Positions 37,781 through 49,397 of a DNA stretch of 64,000 nt are shown here, piece after piece (the stretch's first letter is position 1; each line of letters opens with the position of its first letter). The notes below the pieces were generated by a model. The model had not been told where the DNA came from. It worked only from the letters and a program-made list of their open reading frames with translations, and searched no databases. This DNA is from Dendrobates tinctorius (Eukaryota), in NCBI RefSeq assembly GCF_039654945.1, contig NW_027361891.1, positions 6,324,001 to 6,388,000 of the forward strand, in the 5' to 3' direction. A program made the translations under genes and the position numbers.

Positions 37781-37808
37781 TTACACTAGCGCCAGGGTCT
37801 GGCTAGTA

Positions 37809-40800
37809 ATGGCGGATGAACAGCGACTGCTGCAGCACATCCGGCAGCTGCAGGGCAGGTTGGCGGCTCTCGAGCGTTCAGCCTCAGCTGCGGATGTTAC
37901 TGCAGTCGCTGTTCAGGCAGCCACAGAGGCTGTTTCCCGTGTGACCACTGCCATCCCTGCCCCGACTTTGTCCCACCTCCCGCTGCCCGAAAAGTTCTCG
38001 GGTGATAGTGCAGCTTGTAGGGGTTTCGTAACCAGTGCTCTATACAGCTGGAGCTGCTGGCTGCCCGATTCCCCTCCGAGCGGGCTAAGGTGGGATTTAT
38101 TATTTCCCTTCTGTCGGGCAGGGCTTTGGAGTGGGCCACACCGCTGTGGGAGCGTGGTGATCATGTGGTGCAGGGTGCTTTGCGGTTCTTAGACACTCTG
38201 AAACAGGTCTTCCTGGGACCACGAGTCACCCATGACACCGCGCTCCGGCTGCTGGCACTGTCACAGGGCTCGTCCATGGTCAGTCACTTCGCCATCCAGT
38301 TCCGGACGCTGGCCTCAGAATTAGAGTGGCCAGATAAGGTCCTCATTCCAGCGTTCTGGAGAGGTTTGGCTGGCCATGTGAGGGACGCTCTGGCCACCAG
38401 AGAGATTCCCGCTACACTGGAGGAGCTTATCTCTGTCTCCACCCGAATCGATCTTCGCTTCATCGAGCGAAGGTTGGAGCGGGACCAGTGTAGGCAGAGG
38501 TTTAGGTTGGCATCTTGTTTTTCTAGACCTCTGGAATCCCCCGATCGGGCGTCCGAGCGTCAGGGGGCTTCCCGTGAGGGATCTAGACTCCGGTCCGCTC
38601 GAGCTCCTGTGAGCTGTCATATTTGTAGGCAGGCCAGTCACCTCGCCAACCGGTGCCCACAGCAGCAGGGAGAACGCTCGTGCCTAGTGGCCGTAGGAGG
38701 CGGCGCACTAAAGCCAGCGACGTTTTCCTCCAAGCTGTCCTTTAAGGGGACTCTTGGGTTTAATTCTTCCACTCTGGAGGTGGAGGTTTGCGTGGATTCC
38801 GGGGCGGAGGGCAATTTTATGTCGTCAGCCTTCGCCCAACGGCACGCTATACCTCTGGTTATGATGTCTACACCAGTCACCGTCAGAGTGGTAAACGGCA
38901 CCACTCTACCCTCGCAGATAACTCACCAGACCGTCCCCTTGGTACTCTCTGTGGCTCCGTCTCATCAGGAGACGATATCCCTCCTCGTCATGCCCGAGGG
39001 TATTGACCAGGTACTTCTAGGGGTTCCCTGGCTGCGGTATCACTCCCCCCATATAGAGTGGTCCTCAGGGAGGATTATTGGGTGGAGTAAGTCATGTGAG
39101 GGTAGATGTCTGAGGGAGTGCGTTCAGGTTGCCTCCACCGAGGTTCCCGCTGATCTCTCCTCGCTCCCCAAACACTATCGGCAGTATGCAGACGTGTTCT
39201 CCAAAAAGGCGGCGGAGACCCTTCCACCACATCGCCCCTATGACTGTCCTATTGACCTCTTGCCTGGTGCTGAGCCTCCCCGGGGTCGAGTCTATCCCCT
39301 ATCTCTCCCGGAGACTGAGGTCATGTCTCAGTACATCAGGGAGAATCTGGCAAGAGGATTCATTAGGAAGTCAGTGTCACCAGCGGGGGCGGGATTCTTC
39401 TTCGTCCAGAAGAAGAGTGGGGAACTACGTCCTTGCATTGATTACAGGGGTCTTAACGCCATCACCGTTAAGAATAAATATCCACTGCCCCTGATATCAG
39501 AACTGTTTGATAGGCTACGAGGAGCGAGGGTATTTTCCAAACTTGATCTGCGGGGGCTTACAACCTGATTCGCATCCGTGATGGAGATGAATGGAAGACG
39601 GCATTTAACACCAGGGACGGGCACTATGAATACCTGGTGATGCCCTTTGGGCTCTGTAATGCCCCGGCCGTCTTCCAGGACTTTGTGAACGATATCTTCC
39701 GGGATATGCTTACCACCTCGGTTGTAGTCTATCTGGATGATATCCTCATCTACTCTCCAGATATTGACTCCCACCGGAGAGAAGTTTGCAAAGTTTTTGA
39801 TCGCCTGCGGGCGAACTCCCTCTATGCCAAGTTGGAGAAGTGTGTGTTTGAGCAGGAGTCCTTGCCTTTCCTGGGCTATATCATCTCGGCCCAGGGATTG
39901 GCCATGGATCCTGCCAAGCTACAGGCGGTGATGGATTGGCAGGAACCTCATTCTCTCAAAGCGGTGCAGTGCTTTATGGGGTTCATAAATTATTATCGCC
40001 AATTCATCCCCCACTTCTCGACTTTGGTAGCACCCTTGGTAGCCCTCACCAAGAAGGGTGCAAATCCCAAGTTGTGGTCGGAACTGGTCTCCAAGGCCTT
40101 CTCCACCATTAAGTCCCATTTCGCTAGCGCTCCCATTCTACATCGCCCCGATGTAGACAAGCCCTTCATTCTGGAAGTGGATGCCTCTTCCGTCGGTGCT
40201 GGAGCAGTCCTGTTCCAGAGGGACACGCAAGGTCGGAAGCATCCATGCTTCTTTTTCTCCAAGACCTTCACACCGGTGGAGAGGAATTATGCCATCGGGG
40301 ACAGGGAGTTGCTAGCGATGAAGTTGGCCTTCTCGGAGTGGAGACACCTCCTGGAGGGGGCTCGTCACCCTTTCCAGGTGTTCACCGACCACAAAAACTT
40401 GGTGTATTTACAAACAGCCCAGCGGCTAAACTCTCACCAGGCTAGATGGTCCTTGTTCTTTTCCCGGTTCCATTTCACCCTCCACTTTCTCTCCGGGGAG
40501 AAGAACGTCCAGGCCGATGCTCTCTCCCGCTCCGTGGTGTCATCGGAGGAAGAGGAGGAGGAGCCTCGGCTGATCGTCCCATCCGAAAGCCTGAGGACTG
40601 TGGCTCCGGTTGCCCTTGAGTCTGTGCCTCCGGGCAAGACATTTGTCCCTGCCCGTCTGCGACCGGAGGTCCTCTCTTGGGCTCACTCGTCCAGAGTGGG
40701 TGGACATTTTGGGACAAAACGGACCTCCGACCTTTTGGCGAGGACGTACTGGTGGCCACATATGGCCCGTGACGTCAAGGACTATATTGAGGCATGCGTC

Positions 40801-42306
40801 TCTTGCGCCCGGAATAGGTCCTCTCGGCAGCGGCCCGCTGGGCTTCTTTTCCCTCTGCCGATAGCAGACAGGCCCTGGGAGATGGTCGGTATGGACTTTG
40901 TGGTGGGGCTACCAAAGTCCAGTGGCAGCACGGTCATTTGGGTTGTCACCGACCATTTCTCTAAGATGGTGCACCTGGTACCTCTCTCCCGGTTACCATC
41001 AGCGCAGGGCCTGGCAGTCTTGTTCATCAAGCACGTTTTCCGCCTGCACGGCATGCCGGACAAGATTGTCTGTGACCGAGGTCCTCAGTTTGTGTCCCGG
41101 TTCTGGAGAGAGCTCTGTTCTCTACTCAGCATTGAGCTGAATCTCTCCTCGGCCTATCATCCCGAGACGAATGGGTTGGTAGAGAGAGCCAACCAGACCT
41201 TGATAACATATCTTCGACATTTTGTCTCAGCCAGGCAGGACGACTGGGCATCCTTGCTGCCGTGGGCAGAGTTCGCGTTGAACAATGCTGTGGCCGACTC
41301 TACCGGTCAAACCCCATTCCTCCTAAATTACGGTCAGCATCCACGCGTTCCTGTGCCCATGCCCGTGTCTTCCACCGACTCCAGGGTGGCAGACTGGGCG
41401 GTGGAGGCACGTGACATTTGGGATCGCACCCAGGATGCTATCCGAGCTTCCAAGGAGAGAATGAGGATCTCCGCTGACGCACACCGGCGTCCTGCTACAA
41501 GCTTCTCACCTGGCGACATGGTATGGCTCTCTACCCGAAACATTAAACTGCGGGTTGAGTCGCCCAAGTTCGTGCCACGATACATTGGCCCATTCAAGGT
41601 CCTTGAGCGACTTAGCTCGGTGGTCTACCGCCTGGCTCTTCCCCCACATTTGGCCATCTCGGACGTGTTCCATGTGTCCCTCCTCAAACCAGTTCACATG
41701 GCCCGGTTTTCCGAGCCATCTGCCGGGTCATCAGACTTATCGTCTGACGAGTTTGAGGTTAATGCCATCGTGGGGCGCAAGTTTGTCCGTGGCAAAAAAT
41801 TTTATTTGGTGGACTGGAAGGGTCATGGTCCCGAGGCTCGGACCTGGGAGCCGGTGGAAAACATTCACGCACCGCTCCTGATCGCGGCTTTTGAGCGCAG
41901 TGAGGCTCAGAGGGGGGGTAATGTTAGGCATCGGATTCCTGGCACTGCACAGCGGGAATCCAGAGCCAGACATCCTGTGGTCTCCCATTCCTCTCCGACC
42001 GCTCGGACTCCTGCTCAGCAATCTCGGCTGGCCAGGCATCTCCCTCTGATTCGTTCTGTGAGCCTGGATGTTGCTGCCACCTCTGGGGCAGCAATGGTGA
42101 CGCAACCTGCTTTGCAGGGAACTGCTCCCGAGGCTAAGTCCTCATGCCGTGCTACTAGGCATGCCCACAACTTGTCCTCTCAGTGGAGAGCAGGGGTCAC
42201 ATGTGCAGGTCCTATGTCGGATCTGATTGGTCCTTCCTATAGTACTGGAAGGTCCCGGAAGCGCATGGCTATAAAAAGCCCGTATGCCGGCTCGGCCATG
42301 CGCTAG
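37809..42306 (+). pseudogene. Gypsy gag-pol with two 1-nt frameshifts (~38033, ~39555)
   Basis: PEKFSGD gag, [14 protein letters not shown] knuckle, DSGA protease, YLDD RT, DAS RNase H, HHCC and DDE integrase, GPF motif, chromodomain (EFEVNAIV...YLVDWKG...TWEP). Confidence 0.9.
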
Positions 42307-42815
42307 TGTAGCATATTATGCTGTGTGTGTATGGTGATGGATGCATGGACTGGTGACTGACTCATTTGAAACCCCTTCCCTCGGTTATTACGAATGGTGA
42401 CAGATTGTTGGGTAGTCAGCTCCAGGTTGTGGCCAGCTACACGCCACTGTGCCTCCTGCACGACACACTAGCGTCCGACGGTGCTCGGTCGTTCCGGCGC
42501 CGTCGCTCAGCAGCGATAGTTATTGCCGCGCTGCGGTTGCAGCGTTCTTGGCGTCTGCGGTTGCAGCGTCATTCGCTGGGTATTCTGTGAAGTAAACAGG
42601 CCCAGCGTCCTCATACAACTCAGTTGTTTTAGCGACTCTGTGTGTGAACAGAGCCGTACTTAGCGTTCGGGTGACGTTAACCCGAGCGCAGTACCTCACC
42701 TTTCGGTGCATCCGCCATTACTCAGCAGCGGTCTTGTCACCTACCGCACGGTGGACCCCGGGCGGCGAACGCACCTCCTGTTATTTATATCTGGTGCGTT
42801 CCGCCGACCCTAACA
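41922..42815 (+). repeat. 3' LTR (894 bp, with a 24-bp internal duplication)
   Basis: Direct repeat of the 5' LTR plus an extra CTGCGGTTGCAGCGT-containing segment at ~42540-42565. Confidence 0.95.
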
Positions 42816-44331
42816 ACAGGCATGTAATCACATAGGGGTATTCAGTTTTAAAACATAATTCACCATTGCCATTTTCCCCTAGGTAGCTGCAGGACATACC
42901 TTAGAGACACTAGTTTGTTTAACTTCAGCTGCTTAGATACAAAAACCAAATGTGGAAATTTCCCTTAATATGGAATAGAGAATGTTACAAATCACATGAC
43001 GAAAACATTGGAGTTGAAGTGCTCCAAATGACACAAATTAATTCTCAGCTAACCTGCATTCTATACCATAGAAATATATATATATATATGCAATTTTTTC
43101 TTTTACTTGCTATTTTTATCTTTTTTTTACTCAATATCTGAACTGGTGCTGTTCCAACGATGTTGGCAGAGAGACTTGTATCCCACTTACACATGAGCCC
43201 TGCAGTCAATCATTGGTTGCAGTGCTCATGTGGCAAAACAATGTCACGCGAACTCCAATAGACCTGGTGGGGGGGGGGATATATATTTTTTCTAACGGGG
43301 GAACTATTTAATTTAAAAAAGTGTTGATCAGGTAGTGGACAACCTTTTTAACCACTTGGCTAAAATGAGCCATCAGATCTTGTGTCAATTGCTTCTCCCA
43401 ATCTAGACCTTTTTCTCTGCTAATTCTACTCCACTGAATGTGTCTCATTTTATCCTCTACTTATGAAGAATGCTTCTGTAAACTGTCAGCGCTGAGCTTC
43501 GTTTCTTTCTCACCATGGATACTGCTTCATGTAAAGATGTAAAGTGGTGTGACAAAAAGGGAAGAATAAATATAGGGTGAGGATCACAACCCTTGTTCTC
43601 CGGTATACTGTAATAATCGTCGGAATCCCATTGGCTCTGTCGCTCTGCCTTACAGGGAATGTGTGAAATGGAGATTGGGAGTTTGGTACACGCAGCATGG
43701 ACTCCTGTCAATTAGGAGAAATGCATCTATATTTAGAAAGCAACACATGGGAAAGAAGCCTGAATGTGGGGAGTGTGCGGCGCTAACGTAGCCACTTATT
43801 GTGTTTTGCCTGCATTCAGCTCTGTCTCCAAGCTGCTGCGCTATTGATTGTCCGCTAGAATGACTCGTGCTTGGATGACACCACTAGTAATCATAGTTAT
43901 GCAACCACATTGTGCCGGATAGCTGGCATAAGAGCTTGTTCTATGTGAGTAACGGCTTTTTCTTTTGCAGTACTGTGCGGACACGCAGGGTCGCACCTAT
44001 AATAAGGACATTTGAGTCTGTGGCTCAGGCGACAGACAGCTACTATGCACAGGGGGCGGCATTATGCGCTCTGCTTCCAGCAGCACCTACAATTTAGCCT
44101 GCACGCTGGTGCTGCTGGTAGTGTGCAAAGGCTTGTAAGTGATGAGGTCACAGGAGGGAAGGAGTCAGGGCCCCCTGATCATGTGACCCCTGACTCCTCC
44201 CCTCCTCTGACCATCACAGGTCCTGTGCGCATCAGCCCTCGGTCTATCGATCATCTCCGTCCCTGCTCTGGTCATAAGGGGACAGGGCTATGGACGCAGT
44301 TGTAGTTTAGCAGTGCATACTTATCATTTAA

Positions 44332-45189
44332 CTAGCTGAAGAGCCCGGCGCTGCCCGGGCATAGTTACTAACTGTGGTGGTTAGTCATAACAAATTATAA
44401 TTATTCTCCATCCCATAGTCCCGTGTCCATATACCCATCACACATATCCACGATCCCATAGGCCCGTGCCCATATACCCATCATACATATCCTCCATCCC
44501 ATAGTCGAGTGCCCATATACCCATCACACATCCTCCATCCCATAGTCCCATGCCCATATACCCATCACACATCCTCCATCCCATAGTCCCATGCCCATAT
44601 ACCCATCATACATATTTGCCATCCCATAGTTGAGTGCCCATATACCCATCACACATCCTTCATCTCATAGTCCCATGCCCATATAACCATCATACATATC
44701 CTCCATTCCATAGTCCCGTGCCCATATACCCATCATACATATCCGCCATCCCATAATCCCATGCCCATATACCCATCATACATATCCTCCATCCCATAGT
44801 CCAGTTCCCATATACTCATCACACATCCTCCATCCCATAGTCCCATGCCCATATACCCGTCATACATATCCTCCATCCCATAGTCCAGTGCCCATATACC
44901 CATCACCCATCCTCCATCCCATAGTCAACCTTTATGACATCATAATGAGGGACGGGGCTTGATACACACACACACTTTTCCCCCATTATGTAGATAGAGG
45001 CAAAATTGTTTGGTGAATTGGAACACGCGGGGTTAAAATTTTGCCTCACAACATAGCCTAGGACACTCTCGGGGTCCAGACGTGTGACTGTGCCAAATTT
45101 TGTGGCTGTAGCTGCGATGGTGCGGATGCCAATCCCAGAGATACACACATACATACACACATACGCACACTTGAGCTTTATATATTAGA
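44332..45189 (-). mobile_element. Non-autonomous Helitron with an internal 41-43-bp minisatellite
   Basis: Minus strand A|TCTAATATATAAAG ... GCCCGGGCAGCGCCGGGC hairpin ... CTAG|T. No TSD, inserted at AT. Tandem CCATCCCATAGTCCC unit at 44407-44925. Confidence 0.85.
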
Positions 45190-45439
45190 TTATAACATTT
45201 ATAATGTGACTCAACTCACCATAGGTTTTGAATGAGTGGGAGCACCTGGATTGTTTCTCTGTTTCAGTGGGAGCACTGGGCTACTTCTACTGATGACCGT
45301 CACTGCTAATGATGATTGGAACCTACAAGGAAATGGAGCACTTAAGAAAAATTGTACTGGAGTATTGTACATGCTGATTATTTTCTAATCTTCAGAAAAT
45401 GTATGTGTGGTTCCCCCCGTCCTGTCCAGCTCTGTGTGG

Positions 45440-46200
45440 CTTCCCCTGTTGTATGCATGGCTCCCCTGTCCCATCCTTGTATACATGGCTCTGCTCCCAC
45501 CCTCCCATCCTGTATACATGGCTCTGCTCCCTCCCTCCCATCCTTGTATACATGGCTCTGCTTCCACTCTCCCATCCTGTATACATGGCTCTACTCCCAT
45601 CTTCCCATCCTTGTATACATGGCTCCGCTCCCACCCTCCCATCCTGTATACATGGCTCTGCTCCCACTCTCCCATCCTGTATACATGGCTCTGCTCCCAT
45701 CCTCACATCCTTGTATACATGGCTCCGCTCCCACCCTCCCATCCTGTACACATGGCTCCGCTCCCACCCTCCCATCCTGTATACATGGCTCGCCTGTCCC
45801 ATCCTGTATGCATGGCTCCCCTGTCCCATCCTGTATGCATGGCTTCGCTTCCACTCTCCCTCCCTTGTATATATGGCTCTGCTTCCACTCTCCCTCCCTT
45901 GTATATATGGCTCCGCTCCCACTCTCCCTCCCTTGTATATATGGCTCTGCTCCCACTCTCCCTCCCTTGTATATATGGCTCTGCCTCCACTCTCCCTCCC
46001 TTGTAGATATGGCTCCGCTCCCACTCTCCCTCCTTTGTATATATATATGGCTCCGCTCACACTCTCCCTTCCTTGTATATATGGCTCTGCTTCCACTCTC
46101 CCTCCCTTGTATATATGGCTCTGCTTCCACTCTCCCTCCCTTGTATATATGGCTCTGCTCCCACTCTCCCTCCCTTGTATATATGGCTCCGCTCGGCTCC
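45440..46200. repeat. ~39-40-bp minisatellite (TGTATACATGGCTCTGCTCCCACTCTCCCATCC)
   Basis: Tandem units; two sub-variants form successive blocks. Confidence 0.9.
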
Positions 46201-46714
46201 CCCATCTTCCCCCATCATACTTACCCTCACGTTGCTAAACTTCCCTCCCTGCATCTCGCGGCGCTTCAGCTTCTTCCTGTGCGGAGCGGTCACATGCTAC
46301 TGCTCATTAAGGTGCTTGAATATGGACGCCACACCTATGGGAGAGGAGTGGCGTCCATATTCATGACCTTAAATGAGTGGTACACTTGACAGCTCAGTGC
46401 TGGATGAAGCCGCCGCGCCGACAGGGACCGCTATGCAGGGTGAGTATCAGCTGCTACACAGCTGCCGGCTCCCCTTGTGTCCACGGACCGGCAAGAGCAC
46501 TGCAACGGCCAAGTGCTGGGCCGCGGACTGATGGTTGGGGACCCCTGTTCTACTCTCTGCCACAGCCAGGACCTGTGATGAGGTCACAGGAAGGGAGGAG
46601 TCGAGGTCACATGATCAGGGCCTCAGAGTATGCAAGACTCTGCTGTGCTGGTTGTCATCCTGTTGAATGAGGCAAGTTTCTGTGTGGGGTCAGGCGGGGT
46701 TTACAGGGTGGATG

Positions 46715-47875
46715 TAGCAGAGCCGCACGTGTGCGAGGTGTACAGAGCAGAGCCATGTGTGTGTGAGGAGTACGGAGCGGAGCCGTGTGTGTGCGCGAGG
46801 TGTACGGAGCAGAGCCGTGTGTGTGCGAGGTATACGGAGCAGAGCCATGTGTGTGAGGTGAACGGAGCGGAGCCGTGTGTGTGCGCGAGGTGTACGGAGC
46901 GGAGCCGTGTGTGCGCGTGAGGTGTACGGGGCGGAGCCGTGTGTGCGCGAGATGTACGGGGCGGAGCCGTGTGTGCGCGAGGTGTACGGGGCGGAGCCGT
47001 GTGTGCGCGAGGTGTACGGGCCGGAGCCGTGTGTGCGCGAGGTGTACGGGGTGGAGCCGTGTGTGCGCGAGGTGTACAGGGCGGAGCCGCACGTGCTCGA
47101 GGTGTACGGAGTGGAGCCGTGCGTGTGCGAGGTAAACGGAGCAGAGCCATGTGTGTGAGGTGTAAGGAGCAGAGCCGTGTGTGTGTGCGAGGTGTACGGG
47201 GTGGAGCCGTGTGTGTGCGAGGTGTACGGGGTGAAGCCACACGTGCACGAGGTGTATGGAGCAAAGCCACATGTGTTCAAGGTTTACGGAGTGGAGCCGT
47301 GTGTGTACAAGGAGTACAGAGCATGGCCACATGTATGAAAGGTGTATAGTGCAGAGCCGCATGTGTACAAGGTTTACAGAGTGGAGTCATGTGTGTACAA
47401 GGAGTACAGAGCGTGTCCACATGTGTAAAAGGTGTATAGAGCAGAGCCGCATGTGTACAAGGTTTACGGAGTGGAGCCATGTGTGTACTGAGTGGAGCCG
47501 TGTGCGTGCGAGGTGTACAGAGTGGAGCCGCGTGTGTAAGGGTTGAACGGAGTGGAGCTGTGTGTGTATGGGGCATACAAAACGGAGCCCTGTGTGTACG
47601 AAGTGTACGGAGCTGAGCCATGTGTGTGTGGAGCAGAAACGTGTGTGTATGGAGCGGAGCAGAGCCGTGTGTGTATGGAGCGGAGCAGAGCCATGTGTGT
47701 ACGGAGTGGAACCGCGTGTGTACGAGGTGTACGGAGCAGAGCCGCATGTGTACGAGGTTTATGGAGTGGAGCCGTGTGTACTGAGTGGAGCCGTGTGCGT
47801 GCGAGGCATGAAAAGCGGAACCGTGTGTGTATGAGGTGTGCAGAGCCATACGTGTACAAGGTGTATGGTACAGAG
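46715..47875. repeat. ~30-bp minisatellite (GAGGTGTACGGGGCGGAGCCGTGTGTGCGC)
   Basis: Tandem units that diverge toward the ends. Confidence 0.9.
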
Positions 47876-48259
47876 CATCCATACCTCCCAGCGGGACAGT
47901 CCCGATTTTGAGAGAGAGTCTGCCCCTCTGCCCTGGCCGGGAGCTTTTTCTGCGGACACAGGAGTTCCCGGCAGAGCCCCGAGGAGCACTTTAAAATTCG
48001 CACATGACGTTCCACCGGAAGTGACGTGCTAGAAGCTGACCGGAAATGAGGTAATTTCGGGAGGAGATTGTGACCGAACCATGGAGGCACTTCAGGGAAT
48101 GCTTCAGATCCATCACCGTGTTCTCCGACAGTGCGGACAGCGGGATTGCCTTGGACTCGGGGATGCCGGCCATGTGAGCAGATCGTAATATGTCCTGCAT
48201 CAGGAGGCTCAGGTGGGCACTACAATGGGAGCCGGGCTGCTATAGTATCTTTATAGAAT

Positions 48260-49397
48260 CTTTCTTTCTCTCTGTGTTCTTTCTCTCTCTAATCTTTCTT
48301 TTTCTCTTTCTGTTCTTTCTTTCCTCTCTTTCTCTCTCTTCTTTCTTTCTCTCTGTTCTTTCTTTCTTTCCCCTCCTCCTTTATCTCTCTGTTCTTTCTT
48401 TCCCCTCTTTCTTTCTCTAATATTTCTTTTTCTCTCTGCTTTTTCTTTCTCTCTCTGTTCTTTGTTTCTCTCTGTTCTTCCTTTCTCTCGCTCTGTTCTT
48501 TCTTTCCTCTCTTTCTCTCTCTGTTCTTTTTCTCTCTGTTCTCTTTCTTTCCCATCTTTCTTTCTCTTTCTCTGTTCTTTCTTTCCCCTCTTTCTCTCTC
48601 CCTCTCTGTTCTTTCTTTCTCCTCTTTCTTTTTTTCTCTCTCTCTTTGTTCTTTTTCTTTTTTCTTTCTCTCTGTTCTTCCTTTCTTTCCCCTCTTTCTT
48701 TCTCTCTCTCTGTTCTTTCTTTCCCCTCTTTCTCTGTTCTTACTTTCGCTCTGTTCTTTTTTTCTCTTTCTTTCCCCTCTTTCTTTCTCTCTCTAATCTT
48801 TCTTTCTCTCTCTGTGTTCTTTCTTTATTTCTCTTTCTTTCTCTCTGTTCCTTCTTTCCCCTCTTTCTTTCTCTGTTCTTTCTTTAACCTCTTTCTTTCT
48901 CTCTCCCTCTTTGTTCTTTCTTTCCCCTCTTTCTTTTTTTTTCTCTCTCTCTGTTGTTTTTATCTGTCCCCTCTTTTTCTCTCTCTGTTCTTTCTTTCTT
49001 TCTTTCCCCTTTGTTNNNNNNNNNNNNNNNNNNNNNNNNNNNNNNNNNNNNNNNNNNNNNNNNNNNNNNNNNNNNNNNNNNNNNNNNNNNNNNNNNNNNN
49101 NNNNNNNNNNNNNNNNNNNNNNNNNNNNNNNNNNNNNNNNNNNNNNNNNNCCCTCTTTCTTTTTTCTCTCTCGCTGTTCTTTTTTTCTATCCCCTCTTTC
49201 TTTCTCTCTCTGTTCTTTTTTTCTGTCCCTTTCTTTCTCTCTGTTCTTTCTTTCTCTCTTTCTTTCTTTTTTTCTTCTTTCTTTCTCTCTCTGTTCTTTC
49301 TTTCCCCTTTCTCTCTCTCTCTCTTCTTTCTCTCTCTGTTTTCTTTTCTCTCTCTCAGTTTTCTTTTTTCACTCTCTCTGTTCTTTTTTTCTTTTCC
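48260..49397. repeat. CT-rich low-complexity tract spanning an assembly gap (N 49016-49150)
   Basis: Nearly pure polypyrimidine sequence with a run of Ns. Confidence 0.95.

Larger units (their letters stand above)
36911..42815 (+). mobile_element. Full-length Ty3/Gypsy chromovirus (Tf1/sushi-like) LTR retrotransposon
   Basis: TG...CA LTRs at 36911-37780 and 41922-42815, 5-bp TSD ACAGG, PPT AGAGGGGGGG just before the 3' LTR, and gag-PR-RT-RH-IN-chromo order. Confidence 0.97.

Noticed and set aside
36852-37806. ORFs within the 5' LTR as host genes
   Set aside because: They are duplicated in the 3' LTR and are part of the LTR sequence.
45352-48090. Overlapping Pro/His/Cys-rich ORFs
   Set aside because: Minisatellite translations on both strands.
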